IMG/VR virus record: IMGVR_UViG_3300048576_000489
Coordinates: 1-42,479 of that record
Length of the DNA stretch: 42,479 nt
Reading direction: 5' to 3' (one strand)
Source of the DNA: a virus
Lineage: Duplodnaviria; Caudoviricetes
Every line of letters starts with the position of its first letter. Position 1 is the stretch's first letter. Made by a program: the position numbers and the translations under genes. A model generated the notes under the pieces. It was not told the origin of the DNA. It saw nothing but the letters and a program-made list of their open reading frames with translations, and searched no databases. This document shows positions 18,764 through 27,926 of the stretch, one piece after another.

Positions 18764-19135
18764 TTAGCCCTGAATCCGGTTCAGGGTGATGAGCATGTCG
18801 ATGATGTCGCCGGAAACGCCGCTCGACAGCGTCATGCCCGCGATCCGGGCGTTGACCCCGGCGGCCGGGGCGGCGGAGACCGCCACGCCCAGGGCGCCCG
18901 CCGTCAGGAAGTCGCCATAGGTCACGGCCCCGCCGAGCTTGATTTCGGCGATGCCGGTATGGATCACGTCCACGCGGTCGCCGTCCGCCGCATCCAGGCG
19001 TTCGGACACGCCGATGATGGCGTCGGTGGCGGCCGTGGCCACGGCCACAGTTCCCTCGGCCGATCCGGCCTTGACGATGGCCCGGGCCGGGATGTCCCCA
19101 TCCGCCACGTAGGTTTTGGTCAGTCCGGGATTCAT
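18764..19135 (-). CDS. Capsid decoration/cement protein (DUF2190-like)
   Basis: ATDAIIGVS...VDVIHTGIAEIKLGGAVTYGD; lies between protease and capsid. Confidence 0.8.
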   Translation of the reverse strand: MNPGLTKTYVADGDIPARAIVKAGSAEGTVAVATAATDAIIGVSERLDAADGDRVDVIHTGIAEIKLGGAVTYGDFLTAGALGVAVSAAPAAGVNARIAGMTLSSGVSGDIIDMLITLNRIQG

Positions 19136-19671
19136 TTCTTCGCGCCCTCCTGGTGTTCGCGCAGCACCTCGGCCTGCGCCTCGGCAAAGGACATGAAGCG
19201 TCCGGCCTTGTCGGCCTCGGCCACCTTGTCGCGGATCTTCACGGCTAGACTCCCGGCGTCGAGGTCGCCCGGCTTCCCGGCGGCGCGGCCATGGGTGGCC
19301 CGTTCGCCGAACTCGACCTGGACCGGCAGGCTTTCCAGGAAGGCTTTGAACGCTTCGGCCACCGGCTTTTGAACGGTCTTGCCGCCCTCCTCGAAGTCCA
19401 CGGTCCCGGCCGCGTCGAGCTTTTCCATGAAGTGCATGGCCAGCCCCTGCTGGTAGCTGGTGAGGCGGCCATCGAAGGCAAGGCGCTCGCAGAAGGCCGC
19501 GATCTCGGCCCGGCGGCCGGTGGCCACGGTGGCGTCCACGCGGCTGGCCAGGGCGGTGTTGGCCGCCTTGAGGTCCGCGATCTCCTTGTCCTTGGCGGTC
19601 TGCGCCTCGGAAAACTCGGCCACCTTGGCGGTCAGGGCCGCCACCTGGACGGCCAGATTGTCGCCCCCCAT
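19132..19671 (-). CDS. Nested in-frame scaffold protein (Mu gpZ-like)
   Basis: Internal AAGGAGG RBS just upstream of in-frame ATG 19671. Confidence 0.65.
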   Translation of the reverse strand: MGGDNLAVQVAALTAKVAEFSEAQTAKDKEIADLKAANTALASRVDATVATGRRAEIAAFCERLAFDGRLTSYQQGLAMHFMEKLDAAGTVDFEEGGKTVQKPVAEAFKAFLESLPVQVEFGERATHGRAAGKPGDLDAGSLAVKIRDKVAEADKAGRFMSFAEAQAEVLREHQEGAKK

Positions 19672-20202
19672 GGGTTCCTCCTTGTTGGCGGCCGGGGTGG
19701 CGGCCGGTTTGCCGGTTCGTCCCGGCCCGGCGAGTCCCAGGAAGGCCTCGGCGAAGCGGGTGAACAGGGATTTCTCGACGTCCGGAGCGGACTCTTCGCC
19801 GAACTCGAAGGTCCGCGCCTCGCCCTCGGCGAAAGCCACGTCCTTGAGGCCCTTGACGGCCGGGGGCGTCGCCCCCAGGAAGCCCACATGGCGCAAGGAA
19901 CCGTCGGGATAGAGGCTGATCGAACGCTTCTTGAAGCGCCCGACCTTGACCAGGTCGGCGAATTCCGGCGCGACGTCCTTGAAGTCGGCCAAAAGCGTGC
20001 CGCCCTCGCGGTAGACGCGCTCCACCCAGCCGTAGGCCGGGGCGTTGTCCTTGGGATGTCCGACGACCAGCGGGGCCTCATGCCGGGCCGGGTCGTAGGC
20101 GGCGATCCTGTCCAGATCGGCCTCGGCAAACGTGTGTTTCCGGCCGCTGCTGTCCACGTGGTCGCCCGCGCGGAACACCTCGACGCGCTTGAAAAGATCC
20201 AT
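19132..20202 (-). CDS. Prohead protease/scaffold (Mu gpI-like)
   Basis: APLVVGHP...PAYGWV...FKKRSISLY...LRHVGFLGATPPAVKGL, followed by a coiled-coil C-terminal half. Confidence 0.88.
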   Translation of the reverse strand: MDLFKRVEVFRAGDHVDSSGRKHTFAEADLDRIAAYDPARHEAPLVVGHPKDNAPAYGWVERVYREGGTLLADFKDVAPEFADLVKVGRFKKRSISLYPDGSLRHVGFLGATPPAVKGLKDVAFAEGEARTFEFGEESAPDVEKSLFTRFAEAFLGLAGPGRTGKPAATPAANKEEPMGGDNLAVQVAALTAKVAEFSEAQTAKDKEIADLKAANTALASRVDATVATGRRAEIAAFCERLAFDGRLTSYQQGLAMHFMEKLDAAGTVDFEEGGKTVQKPVAEAFKAFLESLPVQVEFGERATHGRAAGKPGDLDAGSLAVKIRDKVAEADKAGRFMSFAEAQAEVLREHQEGAKK

Positions 20203-20739
20203 CTAGTCGGCCTCCTTGCTGTAGGGGGCGAGCCGCCAGGGCGCGGGCAGACGCGCCCGCAGCCCGCCCGGGGAAATGACGTGGTCCTGGGGAGGGATGA
20301 CGCCGAATTTCGCCAGGACGTATGCCGCCGTCTGGGAGCAGACCGGGCGGCGCATGACGTTGCGGACCCTTCGCCAAGACAGGGCGAAAAGCGTCCTGTA
20401 GCCGTAGCGCATGCGCGAACCGCACATCTTGAGCGCCGTGGCCTTGATGCCGTCGGCCACGTCGGCGGCCACCGGGATGGGATGGATGAGGATGTCGCCG
20501 TCGTAGTCGTCGAAGCGATCAGAGGCCCGGTTAGGCTCCACCCCAAGCTCCATGGCTTCCACCAGCATGATGGAGCCGTAGAGGTTGAGACCAAGGCTGG
20601 TGTGTGAGCCGCCGGGCGCGAAACGCCGGATGGCCCGGGACAGAAGCGATGCCCCCACCCAGGTGACCACGAACACGTCCAGGCCGGGCCGCAAGCGCTC
20701 GTAGGGGATCACGCCCAGTTCGGCGGGGTACGTCGTCAC
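20203..20739 (-). CDS. Putative permuted papain-like (YiiX/YebB, NlpC/P60) hydrolase
   Basis: SRAIRRF...SH...VEAM...Y.Y...VCSQ...ISPG, with His before Cys as in permuted NlpC/P60 proteins. Confidence 0.62.
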   Translation of the reverse strand: MTTYPAELGVIPYERLRPGLDVFVVTWVGASLLSRAIRRFAPGGSHTSLGLNLYGSIMLVEAMELGVEPNRASDRFDDYDGDILIHPIPVAADVADGIKATALKMCGSRMRYGYRTLFALSWRRVRNVMRRPVCSQTAAYVLAKFGVIPPQDHVISPGGLRARLPAPWRLAPYSKEAD

Positions 20740-20894
20740 GGGGCGACCTTCGGCCAGCCGGGACGGACCGGAGAGCCGTCATCCAGGACAGCCTGGATGC
20801 CCTGCCCGCACAGCCACGGCCCAAGCAGCACCCCCAGCCCCACGCCGAAAAGCAGCGCCACCAGGAAGATGGCCACAAGCCAGGGCTTACGCAT
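20736..20894 (-). CDS. 52-aa single-TM membrane protein (not in the ORF track), possible lysis accessory
   Basis: MRKPWLVAIFLVALLFGVGLGVLLGPWLC...KVAP; overlaps the upstream gene end and has a GTGA overlap with the next gene. Confidence 0.6.
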   Translation of the reverse strand: MRKPWLVAIFLVALLFGVGLGVLLGPWLCGQGIQAVLDDGSPVRPGWPKVAP

Positions 20895-21291
20895 GGGGGC
20901 CTTCCTTTTTAGCGCTGTCCACCCCGGCCTGGGCCGCCACGTACACGGCCGCCAGGGCCGCCATCGCCACCTGCGCGGCCGGAGGCAGGGCCAGCCCCAG
21001 GGGCGTCTGGGCCAGCAACGAGCCCAACGTGCCCACCGTCACCCAGAGCTTGCGGCTCTTGATCCGGCTCCCGGCCTTGGCGAGGACCGGCGCGGCCAGC
21101 GGGGCGGCGATCCGGCCCAGGGCCGCGCCAATCTCGGAGGGCGTGGACGGAGCCGCCGGGGCGACGGCCACGGCGGGGGACGTGGGCGTCTTGCCGGACA
21201 GGGCCGCGCCCACGCCTTCGGCCACGGCGGCCAGAAATTCCGGGGTCATCGGGACGCCCGGCGTCGTCTGCCTGGTCTCGGAGTCGCTCAT
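20887..21291 (-). CDS. Putative holin
   Basis: RIKSRKLW followed by two hydrophobic helices; adjacent to the endolysin. Confidence 0.55.
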   Translation of the reverse strand: MSDSETRQTTPGVPMTPEFLAAVAEGVGAALSGKTPTSPAVAVAPAAPSTPSEIGAALGRIAAPLAAPVLAKAGSRIKSRKLWVTVGTLGSLLAQTPLGLALPPAAQVAMAALAAVYVAAQAGVDSAKKEGPHA

Positions 21292-21798
21292 CTAGGCCTC
21301 CTGTTCCGGCCATCCGCCGCCCGGAATGAGCGCCAGAATCTTGGCCGGGTAGTCGTTTACGACGTTGTGGGCGTTGCCAGGGCCGCCGTTGTAGGCCCGG
21401 CAGACCACCTGCCAGCCGCCGTCGGAAAGGTATCTGTCCGCCAACCGGCGCAGGTAGAGACAGCCCCACTCCAGACCGACCTCCGGCACGCACAATTCCG
21501 GGAACCAGCCGCGAAACCCCTGGCAGCGGGCCGTCTCGCCCATGATCTGCACCAGGCCCCAGCTTGTGGCCCGGCCGATCCGCTCGGTGTCCCAGGAGCA
21601 ATGCGACGGCCGGAAATTCGGCGTCTTGCCCTTGATGTAGCGGTCATAAAAGCCCGGCTCGTAGCGGACGGCATGCGTGACGCCCCCCACCGATTCGTGC
21701 CGAACCATGGCCAGGACGAGCTGCACGGGCAGCCTGTGCCGTCTGGCGGCGGCCTCGATCAGGACTTCCAGTTCCGGAGTGATGTGGTCTTCGGGCAT
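21292..21798 (-). CDS. Endolysin, lytic transglycosylase (SLT)
   Basis: AMVRHES catalytic Glu, SWGLVQIMG and AYNGG motifs. Confidence 0.92.
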   Translation of the reverse strand: MPEDHITPELEVLIEAAARRHRLPVQLVLAMVRHESVGGVTHAVRYEPGFYDRYIKGKTPNFRPSHCSWDTERIGRATSWGLVQIMGETARCQGFRGWFPELCVPEVGLEWGCLYLRRLADRYLSDGGWQVVCRAYNGGPGNAHNVVNDYPAKILALIPGGGWPEQEA

Positions 21799-21956
21799 CC
21801 GCGCCTCCTTGCAGCGCCGGATACCTCCGGCGCACGAGATGCGCGGAACATAGCGGGACGGGGCGGCGGTATCTTGTGCAGCGTGCAGCGGACAAAAAAG
21901 AAGCCCGCCTATAGAGCGGGCCTGGATAGAGAGAGACTTGCAACAGGGAGGGTCAT
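21799..21956. promoter_or_regulatory. Divergent late control region (lysis/head/tail versus packaging operon)
   Basis: Non-coding gap between divergent operons with inverted repeats GCGCCGGA-N4-TCCGGCGC and GCCCGC-N7-GCGGGC and tandem TGCAGCG. Confidence 0.55.
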
Positions 21957-22265
21957 GTGGCCGAAAGCGCGACGTTTCTCAAACTCATCGAGAGCATCGG
22001 GTTCCCGGCGCTCATCTTCGCGGTCTGGTACCTGTATCACCGCTCACAGGTCAAGGCCTGGGAATCGAGAGAAGCATCTCAAAGCACCGCCTGGGGGGAG
22101 CAGATGCGGGCCATGGCCGCGAGAGAGGAGCGGGTCTTCGGCTTGCTGACCGGCCAGCTTGAGGCCTTGCAGTGCCTCGTGGCCCAGGCCGCCCGCATGG
22201 AATCCAAAATCGACGGCAACCAGTGGTGCCCGCTGGTCAAGAAGGAGATGCGCCATGCGGGATGA
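21957..22265 (+). CDS. Hypothetical membrane-anchored protein
   Basis: GGAGG RBS; N-terminal TM segment then coiled coil; first gene of the packaging operon. Confidence 0.7.
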   Translation: MAESATFLKLIESIGFPALIFAVWYLYHRSQVKAWESREASQSTAWGEQMRAMAAREERVFGLLTGQLEALQCLVAQAARMESKIDGNQWCPLVKKEMRHAG

Positions 22266-22506
22266 GATCCTGCGCGCCAAGGGCCGCCTGGCCGAGGCCA
22301 GGCGCAGGCGCGGCGAGCTGTCGCTGGAAGGCAAGGGGCTGGTCTTTCTTTTGCGCGAATGCCTCGACCCCCACGAGCCCGACCTGGCGCGACTTCGCGT
22401 CCCCGAGGCCGGGGCCAACATGACGCGGCTCGTGGCCGTCCACGCCGAACTGCGCGACCTCGACGTCCGGATCGCCGAGCTGACGGAGGCTCTGGGCGAT
22501 GGCTAA
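22255..22506 (+). CDS. Hypothetical coiled-coil protein
   Basis: AAGGAG RBS before MRDEILRAK; overlaps both neighbours. Confidence 0.68.
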   Translation: MRDEILRAKGRLAEARRRRGELSLEGKGLVFLLRECLDPHEPDLARLRVPEAGANMTRLVAVHAELRDLDVRIAELTEALGDG

Positions 22507-22936
22507 GGGGCAGTTCCACGGTCTAGAGGCCGAGCGTCTCTACGTCATCGAACAATGCACCCTGGAGGAGATCGCCGGGCGGCTGGGCGTGTCCGTCCGC
22601 ACCATCCAGAACTGGAAGGGCAAGGGCGACTGGGACGTCAAGCGCCGGGCCTATCTGGCCAGCCGCCGTAGTTTTCACGAGGAGCTGTACGAGTTCGGCA
22701 AGGATCTTCTGACGAAGATCCGCGCCGACATGGCCGAAGGCAAGGACATCCCCACCGGCCAACTCTATGCCCTGCTGCGGCTGCTACCCAACCTGGTCAA
22801 GGTCAAGGACTACGAGGCGGTAGCCGGGGTCGTTGTCGAAGAAAGAAAGGCCACCCCGGAAGAAACCGCCAGGGACGTCAAGGATCTCCTCTCCACGGTC
22901 TATGGGATCGATTTCGATGGCGACGACCGGCCATAA
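22499..22936 (+). CDS. Terminase small subunit-like HTH protein (DUF1804-like)
   Basis: AERLYV...TLEEIAGRLGVSVRTIQNWK...WD; lies upstream of the large terminase. Confidence 0.78.
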   Translation: MAKGQFHGLEAERLYVIEQCTLEEIAGRLGVSVRTIQNWKGKGDWDVKRRAYLASRRSFHEELYEFGKDLLTKIRADMAEGKDIPTGQLYALLRLLPNLVKVKDYEAVAGVVVEERKATPEETARDVKDLLSTVYGIDFDGDDRP

Positions 22937-24407
22937 CTTTGAAAAGCTCTACGGGCAGGACCGTGACACCAGGGAACGCCTCAAGGCCACCCTGGGCATC
23001 ATGCTGCCGTACCAGCGCCGCTTCGTCGACGACAAGGCGGCGGGCATCGACTGGGAGGCCACGCGGCAGGGCGGCAAATCCTTCGCCCTGACCTTCAAGG
23101 CCGTCACGGAGACCGCGCTGTCGCCGCGACCCATCGAATCCGTATACGGATCGGCCAGCGCCCGGCAGGTCTTTCGATCCGGACGGGAGATGCGGCGGCA
23201 CATCAAGGCCATCTCGCTTCTGACCGAGGGCAGGCTGGTTCCGGACAAAAACAACGCCTGGCTGATCCAGTTCCCCGGCGACCGATTCCTGAACCTCGTG
23301 CCGTCCAACCCCGATACCATCCCCGGATTTTCCGGCAACGTCTACCTGGACGAGTTCGCCCTGCACAAGGACGATTGGGGCATTTGGCGCGCGGCCGTGC
23401 CCGCCATCACGCGCGGTTACGGGGTCCGCGTCGCTTCGACCCATCGCGGCAGGAAGACCAAGTTTTTCGAGCTGACCCGCAACAAGGCCTATTCGCACCA
23501 CCGGACCACCATCCACGAAGCCATCCGGGAGGGCCTGATCCTCAAAGACGAGGGCGGCCGCATCCGCACCGTGGACAGCCTGCGCGATCTGGTGGCCGAC
23601 CCCATGGTCTGGCTCGAAGAATACGAACTGGACCCCCAGGACGACGCCACTGCCTGGCTGACCTGGGAACTCCTCCGGGCCGCCGAGGACGAATACGTCG
23701 ACCCGTCTCCGGAATGGGCGTCCAGGCTGGTGCATCAGGCTGTCAAGGCCCGCAAGCATTACAAGCTCGCCAAGGCCGATCCGCCCTGGTGGCAGGCCAA
23801 GGCCCGGGAACTGACCGCACATCTGGCGGAGGGCGGCGACCCCCTCGACCTGGGCATGGACATCGGCCGCACCCGGGATCTGTCCGTGATCTGGCTGCTG
23901 CGACGCGGCGAACTGGCCCGCTTCACCGTGGCCGTCATCACCATGGCGCGCACGCCGTTTCGCGTGCAGCGCTACGTGCTGCATGCGCTTTTGCCCTACG
24001 TGCTGCGTTCCGGCGGCCGGGCCTGCATCGACCAGGGCGGCATCGGCCGCCAGTTGGCCGAAGACGCCCGCGACCTCTTCGGCTCGCGCGTCGAAGGAGT
24101 CGACTTCACCAACGCCCACAAGGAGGCCCTGGCCGTGGGCCTCAAAGACGTCCTGGAGGACCACGGCTTCCTGATCCCCATCGATCCGGAGGTGTCCCGG
24201 TCGCTGCACAGCGTGCAAAAGGTCAAGACCTCCACGGGCCTGCCCCGTTTCGACGCCGACCGCAGCGACGCCACCGGCCACGCAGACCATTTCTGGGCCG
24301 CCGCCCTGGCCGTGCATGCCGGGGAGTCCTTCGCCACGGGACTGTCCGAAGACAACATCGTCTCTCGCGGCCGCCGCGAGGCTGGCGACCTGCTCGACAA
24401 ATTCTAG
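22917..24407 (+). CDS. Terminase large subunit (Mu gp28-like)
   Basis: LPYQ, Walker A RQGGKS, Walker B VYLDEFA, nuclease motifs GMDIGRTRD and GHADHFWA. Confidence 0.93.
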   Translation: MATTGHNFEKLYGQDRDTRERLKATLGIMLPYQRRFVDDKAAGIDWEATRQGGKSFALTFKAVTETALSPRPIESVYGSASARQVFRSGREMRRHIKAISLLTEGRLVPDKNNAWLIQFPGDRFLNLVPSNPDTIPGFSGNVYLDEFALHKDDWGIWRAAVPAITRGYGVRVASTHRGRKTKFFELTRNKAYSHHRTTIHEAIREGLILKDEGGRIRTVDSLRDLVADPMVWLEEYELDPQDDATAWLTWELLRAAEDEYVDPSPEWASRLVHQAVKARKHYKLAKADPPWWQAKARELTAHLAEGGDPLDLGMDIGRTRDLSVIWLLRRGELARFTVAVITMARTPFRVQRYVLHALLPYVLRSGGRACIDQGGIGRQLAEDARDLFGSRVEGVDFTNAHKEALAVGLKDVLEDHGFLIPIDPEVSRSLHSVQKVKTSTGLPRFDADRSDATGHADHFWAAALAVHAGESFATGLSEDNIVSRGRREAGDLLDKF

Positions 24408-24520
24408 GCCGTTTGCGGCGCGGCAGGCCGCCCCGGCGATGCGTCGGCCACATCGCACGGCAGGACGAAAATTGAACGGCTTTTGAACGCCGCAAACCCC
24501 ATGCCCGGAGGTCACCCCCC

Positions 24521-26002
24521 ATGCGCCAGGTCGGCATCTGGACCAGCCCCTCGGAATTTCGCCCGCTAGACCGGGGCCCCGGCACGCTCTTCGAGGAACT
24601 GGCAACCCGTGACCGCTCCCCGGATTTCTTCTCCATCGCCATGTCCCTGCCCGATCCGGACCCGGTTCTGCGCAAGCTCGGCAAGGACATCCGGGTCTAC
24701 AAGGAGCTTTTGGCCGACTCCCGGGTGGGGCCGTGCGTGGAATCGCGCAAGGCGGCCGTGGTGTCCCTGGAGTGGGCCGTCAGCCGGGGAAACGCCCCTG
24801 CGGCCCAGGCCAAGTTCGTGGCCACATGCCTGTCCCGGCTCAAGGTCGGGGCCATCATCCGCGAGATCCTAAACGCGCCCCTTTTCGGCATGGCCCCCCT
24901 GGAAGTCGTCTGGCGGCGCGACGGCACAGCCACCGTACCGGACAAGGTGGTGGGCAAGCCGGTCGAGTGGTTCACGTTCGATCCTGAGAACACCCTGCGC
25001 CTGCGCACCAAGTCCAATCTGCTCCGGGGCGAGCTTCTCCCGGAGCGGAAGTTCCTCGTGCCGCGATACAACGCCACCTACGACAACCCCTACGGTGAGC
25101 GGGTGCTGTCGCGCTGTTTCTGGCCCGTGGCGTTCAAAAAGGGCGGCCTCAAGTTCTGGCTGCGGTTCATCGAGAAATTCGGGTCGCCGTGGATCATCGG
25201 CAAGCACCCCGCACAGGCCGACAAGGGCGCGATCCGCGACCTGGCCGACGCCCTGGAGCAGGCCGTCCAGGATGCCGTGATGGTGATCCCGGAAGGGACC
25301 AACGCCGAAATCGTCGAAGCGGCGGGCAAGGCCGGATCGTCATCACTCTACAAAGACCTCAAAACCACCTGCGACGAGGACATTGCCATCTGCATCCTGG
25401 GTCAGAACCTGACCACCAGCGTATCCGGCGGCTCCCGGGCGGCGGCCGAGGTCCACGAGCGGGTTCGCGGCGAGATCAAGGACGGCGACAAGAAGATCGT
25501 GGCCGAGACCATGGCCACGCTCATCGACTGGATCTGCGAGCTGAACTTCGGCCCAGGAGGCGGACGGCCGGTTTTCGAGATGTTTGAGGAAGAGGAGGTC
25601 GACCAGGCCCTGGCCACCCGGGACAAGACCCTCTCCGACACCGGCCAGGTGAAGTTCACCAAAAAATACCTCATGCGGGCCTACGACTTGGCCGAGGATG
25701 ATTTCGAGGTCGTGGAGGGAGACGAGGGCAAGGCGAAAGCTGCGGCGGCGGAGTTCCGGGAAGGCACGGCCGACGCGGACGGCGTTGATCTGCCGCCGGA
25801 GATGCTCCAGGGCATCGCCGGGAAGCTGCTCGCGCCGGTCATCGATCTGGTGGAGTCGGCCGGGTCGGTGGAGGCCATCGCCGAACGGCTGCACGGCGTC
25901 TATCCCGATATGGACGATGCGACCTTCGAGGATTTGCTCACCCGGGCCATCTTCATCTCCGCCGTCTGGGGGCGGCTGTCGGCCAAGGCCGACGCCAGAT
26001 AG
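24521..26002 (+). CDS. Portal protein (DUF935, Mu gp29-like)
   Basis: NPYGERVLSRCFWP...FIEKFGSP...ILGQNLTT...AEVHERVR. Confidence 0.93.
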   Translation: MRQVGIWTSPSEFRPLDRGPGTLFEELATRDRSPDFFSIAMSLPDPDPVLRKLGKDIRVYKELLADSRVGPCVESRKAAVVSLEWAVSRGNAPAAQAKFVATCLSRLKVGAIIREILNAPLFGMAPLEVVWRRDGTATVPDKVVGKPVEWFTFDPENTLRLRTKSNLLRGELLPERKFLVPRYNATYDNPYGERVLSRCFWPVAFKKGGLKFWLRFIEKFGSPWIIGKHPAQADKGAIRDLADALEQAVQDAVMVIPEGTNAEIVEAAGKAGSSSLYKDLKTTCDEDIAICILGQNLTTSVSGGSRAAAEVHERVRGEIKDGDKKIVAETMATLIDWICELNFGPGGGRPVFEMFEEEEVDQALATRDKTLSDTGQVKFTKKYLMRAYDLAEDDFEVVEGDEGKAKAAAAEFREGTADADGVDLPPEMLQGIAGKLLAPVIDLVESAGSVEAIAERLHGVYPDMDDATFEDLLTRAIFISAVWGRLSAKADAR

Positions 26003-26005
26003 GCC

Positions 26006-27319
26006 ATGCCTGACGCCCCCGACCTGTCCTTCGCCCTGGGCCTGCCGCCCGAACGGGCCATCAGCTACTTCAAGGCCAAGGGCTATGAGGTCGCCTTCGA
26101 CTGGCACGAGATGCTGGCCGACGCCCACGCCCGGGCCTTTACCGTGGCCAAGGCCACCCGACTGGACATCCTCGCGGATATCCGGGGCGCCGTGCAAAAG
26201 GCCCTCGATACCGGCACGACGCTGCGCCAGTTCCAGAAGGATCTGACGCCGCTGCTCCAATCCAAGGGCTGGTGGGGCAAAAAAGAGATCGTTGACCCAC
26301 GCACCGGCGAGGTGCGCCGGGCCCAGCTCGGCAGCCCGTGGCGGCTGAAGACCATCTACGAGACGAATCTGGCCACGGCGTATGCCGCAGGCCGCTACCG
26401 TGAACAGATCGAGAACGCCGAGGCCCAGCCGTACTGGATGTACGTGGCCGTGATGGACTCCCGGACCCGGCCCGGACATGCGGCCTTAAACGGCAAGACC
26501 CTGCGCCACGACGATCCGTTCTGGTCCTCGTTTTATCCGCCCAACGGCTGGAACTGCCGCTGCCGGGTGCGCGCCCTGACCCCCGAGCGCGTGCGCCGCA
26601 AGGGCACCAAGGTCGAGACCTCGGACGGGCTTGTCAGCCACGAGGACGTGGCCGTGGCCCGCGACGGCCGCACGGCCCGCATGGCGATCTACAGCAACCC
26701 CAAGACCGGCCTCCGCGTGCAGACGGACCCGGGCTGGGCGCACAACCCGGGCAAGTCCTGGCCCCTGACCGACCGCAACGGGAGGTTGCCGGATTGCACG
26801 GCCAGCTTCGCCGAAGGGGCGGAGAAATGCGTCAAGATGCTGATGGGGCAAAAGGACTGGAAGGCTTACGGCCGCCCGGACCTGCGCACCGTGCCGGAGG
26901 GGCAGCGTCAACCCGCGCCCGGGTTGTTGCCCGCAGGTAAGACCCGGCCGGAGGCCGAGGCGATCCTGGCCCGGGCGCTGGGGCTGGACAAGCGACCCTT
27001 GATCGAGGTGGCCACGCCCATCGAGCGCGTTTATCTCAAACGCGAGCTGCTGGCCCACTTGGTCGAAAAGCCCGAGAACGCCCGTGAGCGGTACGCCAAT
27101 TTCATCCTGCCCACGCTGCAACGCCCGTTCGAGATCTACCGAACCGAATACGAGGACGGCTTCCGGGACCGCTACGTCGGCTTGTTCACGGGAAAGTACA
27201 ATCTGTTGACCGTGGCCAGGATCAACAAGGACGGCAGTGTGCTCTGGAACGTCATGAACGTCGAGGACAAGCGGATGAACAAGCAGCGCGTGGGGGAATT
27301 GCTGTACCCGAAGAAATGA
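26006..27319 (+). CDS. MuF minor head protein with C-terminal PBECR-like nuclease extension
   Basis: RLKTIYETN, YVAVMDSRTRPGH, YPPNGWNCRC, then an extension with RERYANFILPTLQRPFEIY...KQRVGELLY. Confidence 0.9.
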   Translation: MPDAPDLSFALGLPPERAISYFKAKGYEVAFDWHEMLADAHARAFTVAKATRLDILADIRGAVQKALDTGTTLRQFQKDLTPLLQSKGWWGKKEIVDPRTGEVRRAQLGSPWRLKTIYETNLATAYAAGRYREQIENAEAQPYWMYVAVMDSRTRPGHAALNGKTLRHDDPFWSSFYPPNGWNCRCRVRALTPERVRRKGTKVETSDGLVSHEDVAVARDGRTARMAIYSNPKTGLRVQTDPGWAHNPGKSWPLTDRNGRLPDCTASFAEGAEKCVKMLMGQKDWKAYGRPDLRTVPEGQRQPAPGLLPAGKTRPEAEAILARALGLDKRPLIEVATPIERVYLKRELLAHLVEKPENARERYANFILPTLQRPFEIYRTEYEDGFRDRYVGLFTGKYNLLTVARINKDGSVLWNVMNVEDKRMNKQRVGELLYPKK

Positions 27320-27468
27320 AAAAACCGGCGGAGCGTCTCACCCTCGTGGAGTCACGGGCTGCACGACGGTCCTTCATCCCTTCCTCGCGCCCGAACGCTC
27401 TGGGAATCTCGACCCCGCCGGTCTTCGTAAGTCACCTATAATGATCCCGCCCCCCGGAGGCAAGCATC

Positions 27469-27921
27469 ATGTCCGACATGATCACGATCACCATCGACTC
27501 CGCACGGTTGACCGCCGCTCTCAAACGGCTGGCGGCCGCCGGACGCGACCTGTCCCCGGCCATGCGCATGGCGGCGGGTATCATGGCCGACAGCGTCGAG
27601 GAGAACTTCGAGGCGGAAGGCCGCCCCAAGTGGCAAAGCCTGGCCGCATCCACCCTGCGGCAACGGGCCAAGGAAGGCAGCACCGGGAAAATCCTGCAAC
27701 GGCGAGGCGACCTGGCCCGGTCCATCACCCGGCACTGCGACGCCACCAGCGCCACCGTCGGCACCAACTCGGTTTATGCCGCCATCCACCAGTTCGGCGG
27801 CCAGGCCGGACGCGGCCGCAAGGTGACGATCCCGGCCCGGCCGTTCCTCACCCTGGGCGACGACGACGAAGAGGATATCGTCCAGAGCTTCGCCCGATTC
27901 CTGGGGGAGGCGGTGGGGTAG
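27469..27921 (+). CDS. Virion morphogenesis protein (Mu gpG-like)
   Basis: ENFEAEGRPKW...VGTNSVYAAIHQFGG...IPARPFL. Confidence 0.92.
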   Translation: MSDMITITIDSARLTAALKRLAAAGRDLSPAMRMAAGIMADSVEENFEAEGRPKWQSLAASTLRQRAKEGSTGKILQRRGDLARSITRHCDATSATVGTNSVYAAIHQFGGQAGRGRKVTIPARPFLTLGDDDEEDIVQSFARFLGEAVG

Positions 27922-27926
27922 GACGC

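Noticed and set aside
27330-27435. HDV-like ribozyme (GGAGCGT/ACGCTCT P1 with G-U wobble, TCCTCGC loop-like motif, following GG)
   Set aside because: P3 cannot form (CCT versus GCC), extra bases separate it from P1, and no P2 partner is evident. Kept only as an unclassified structured element.
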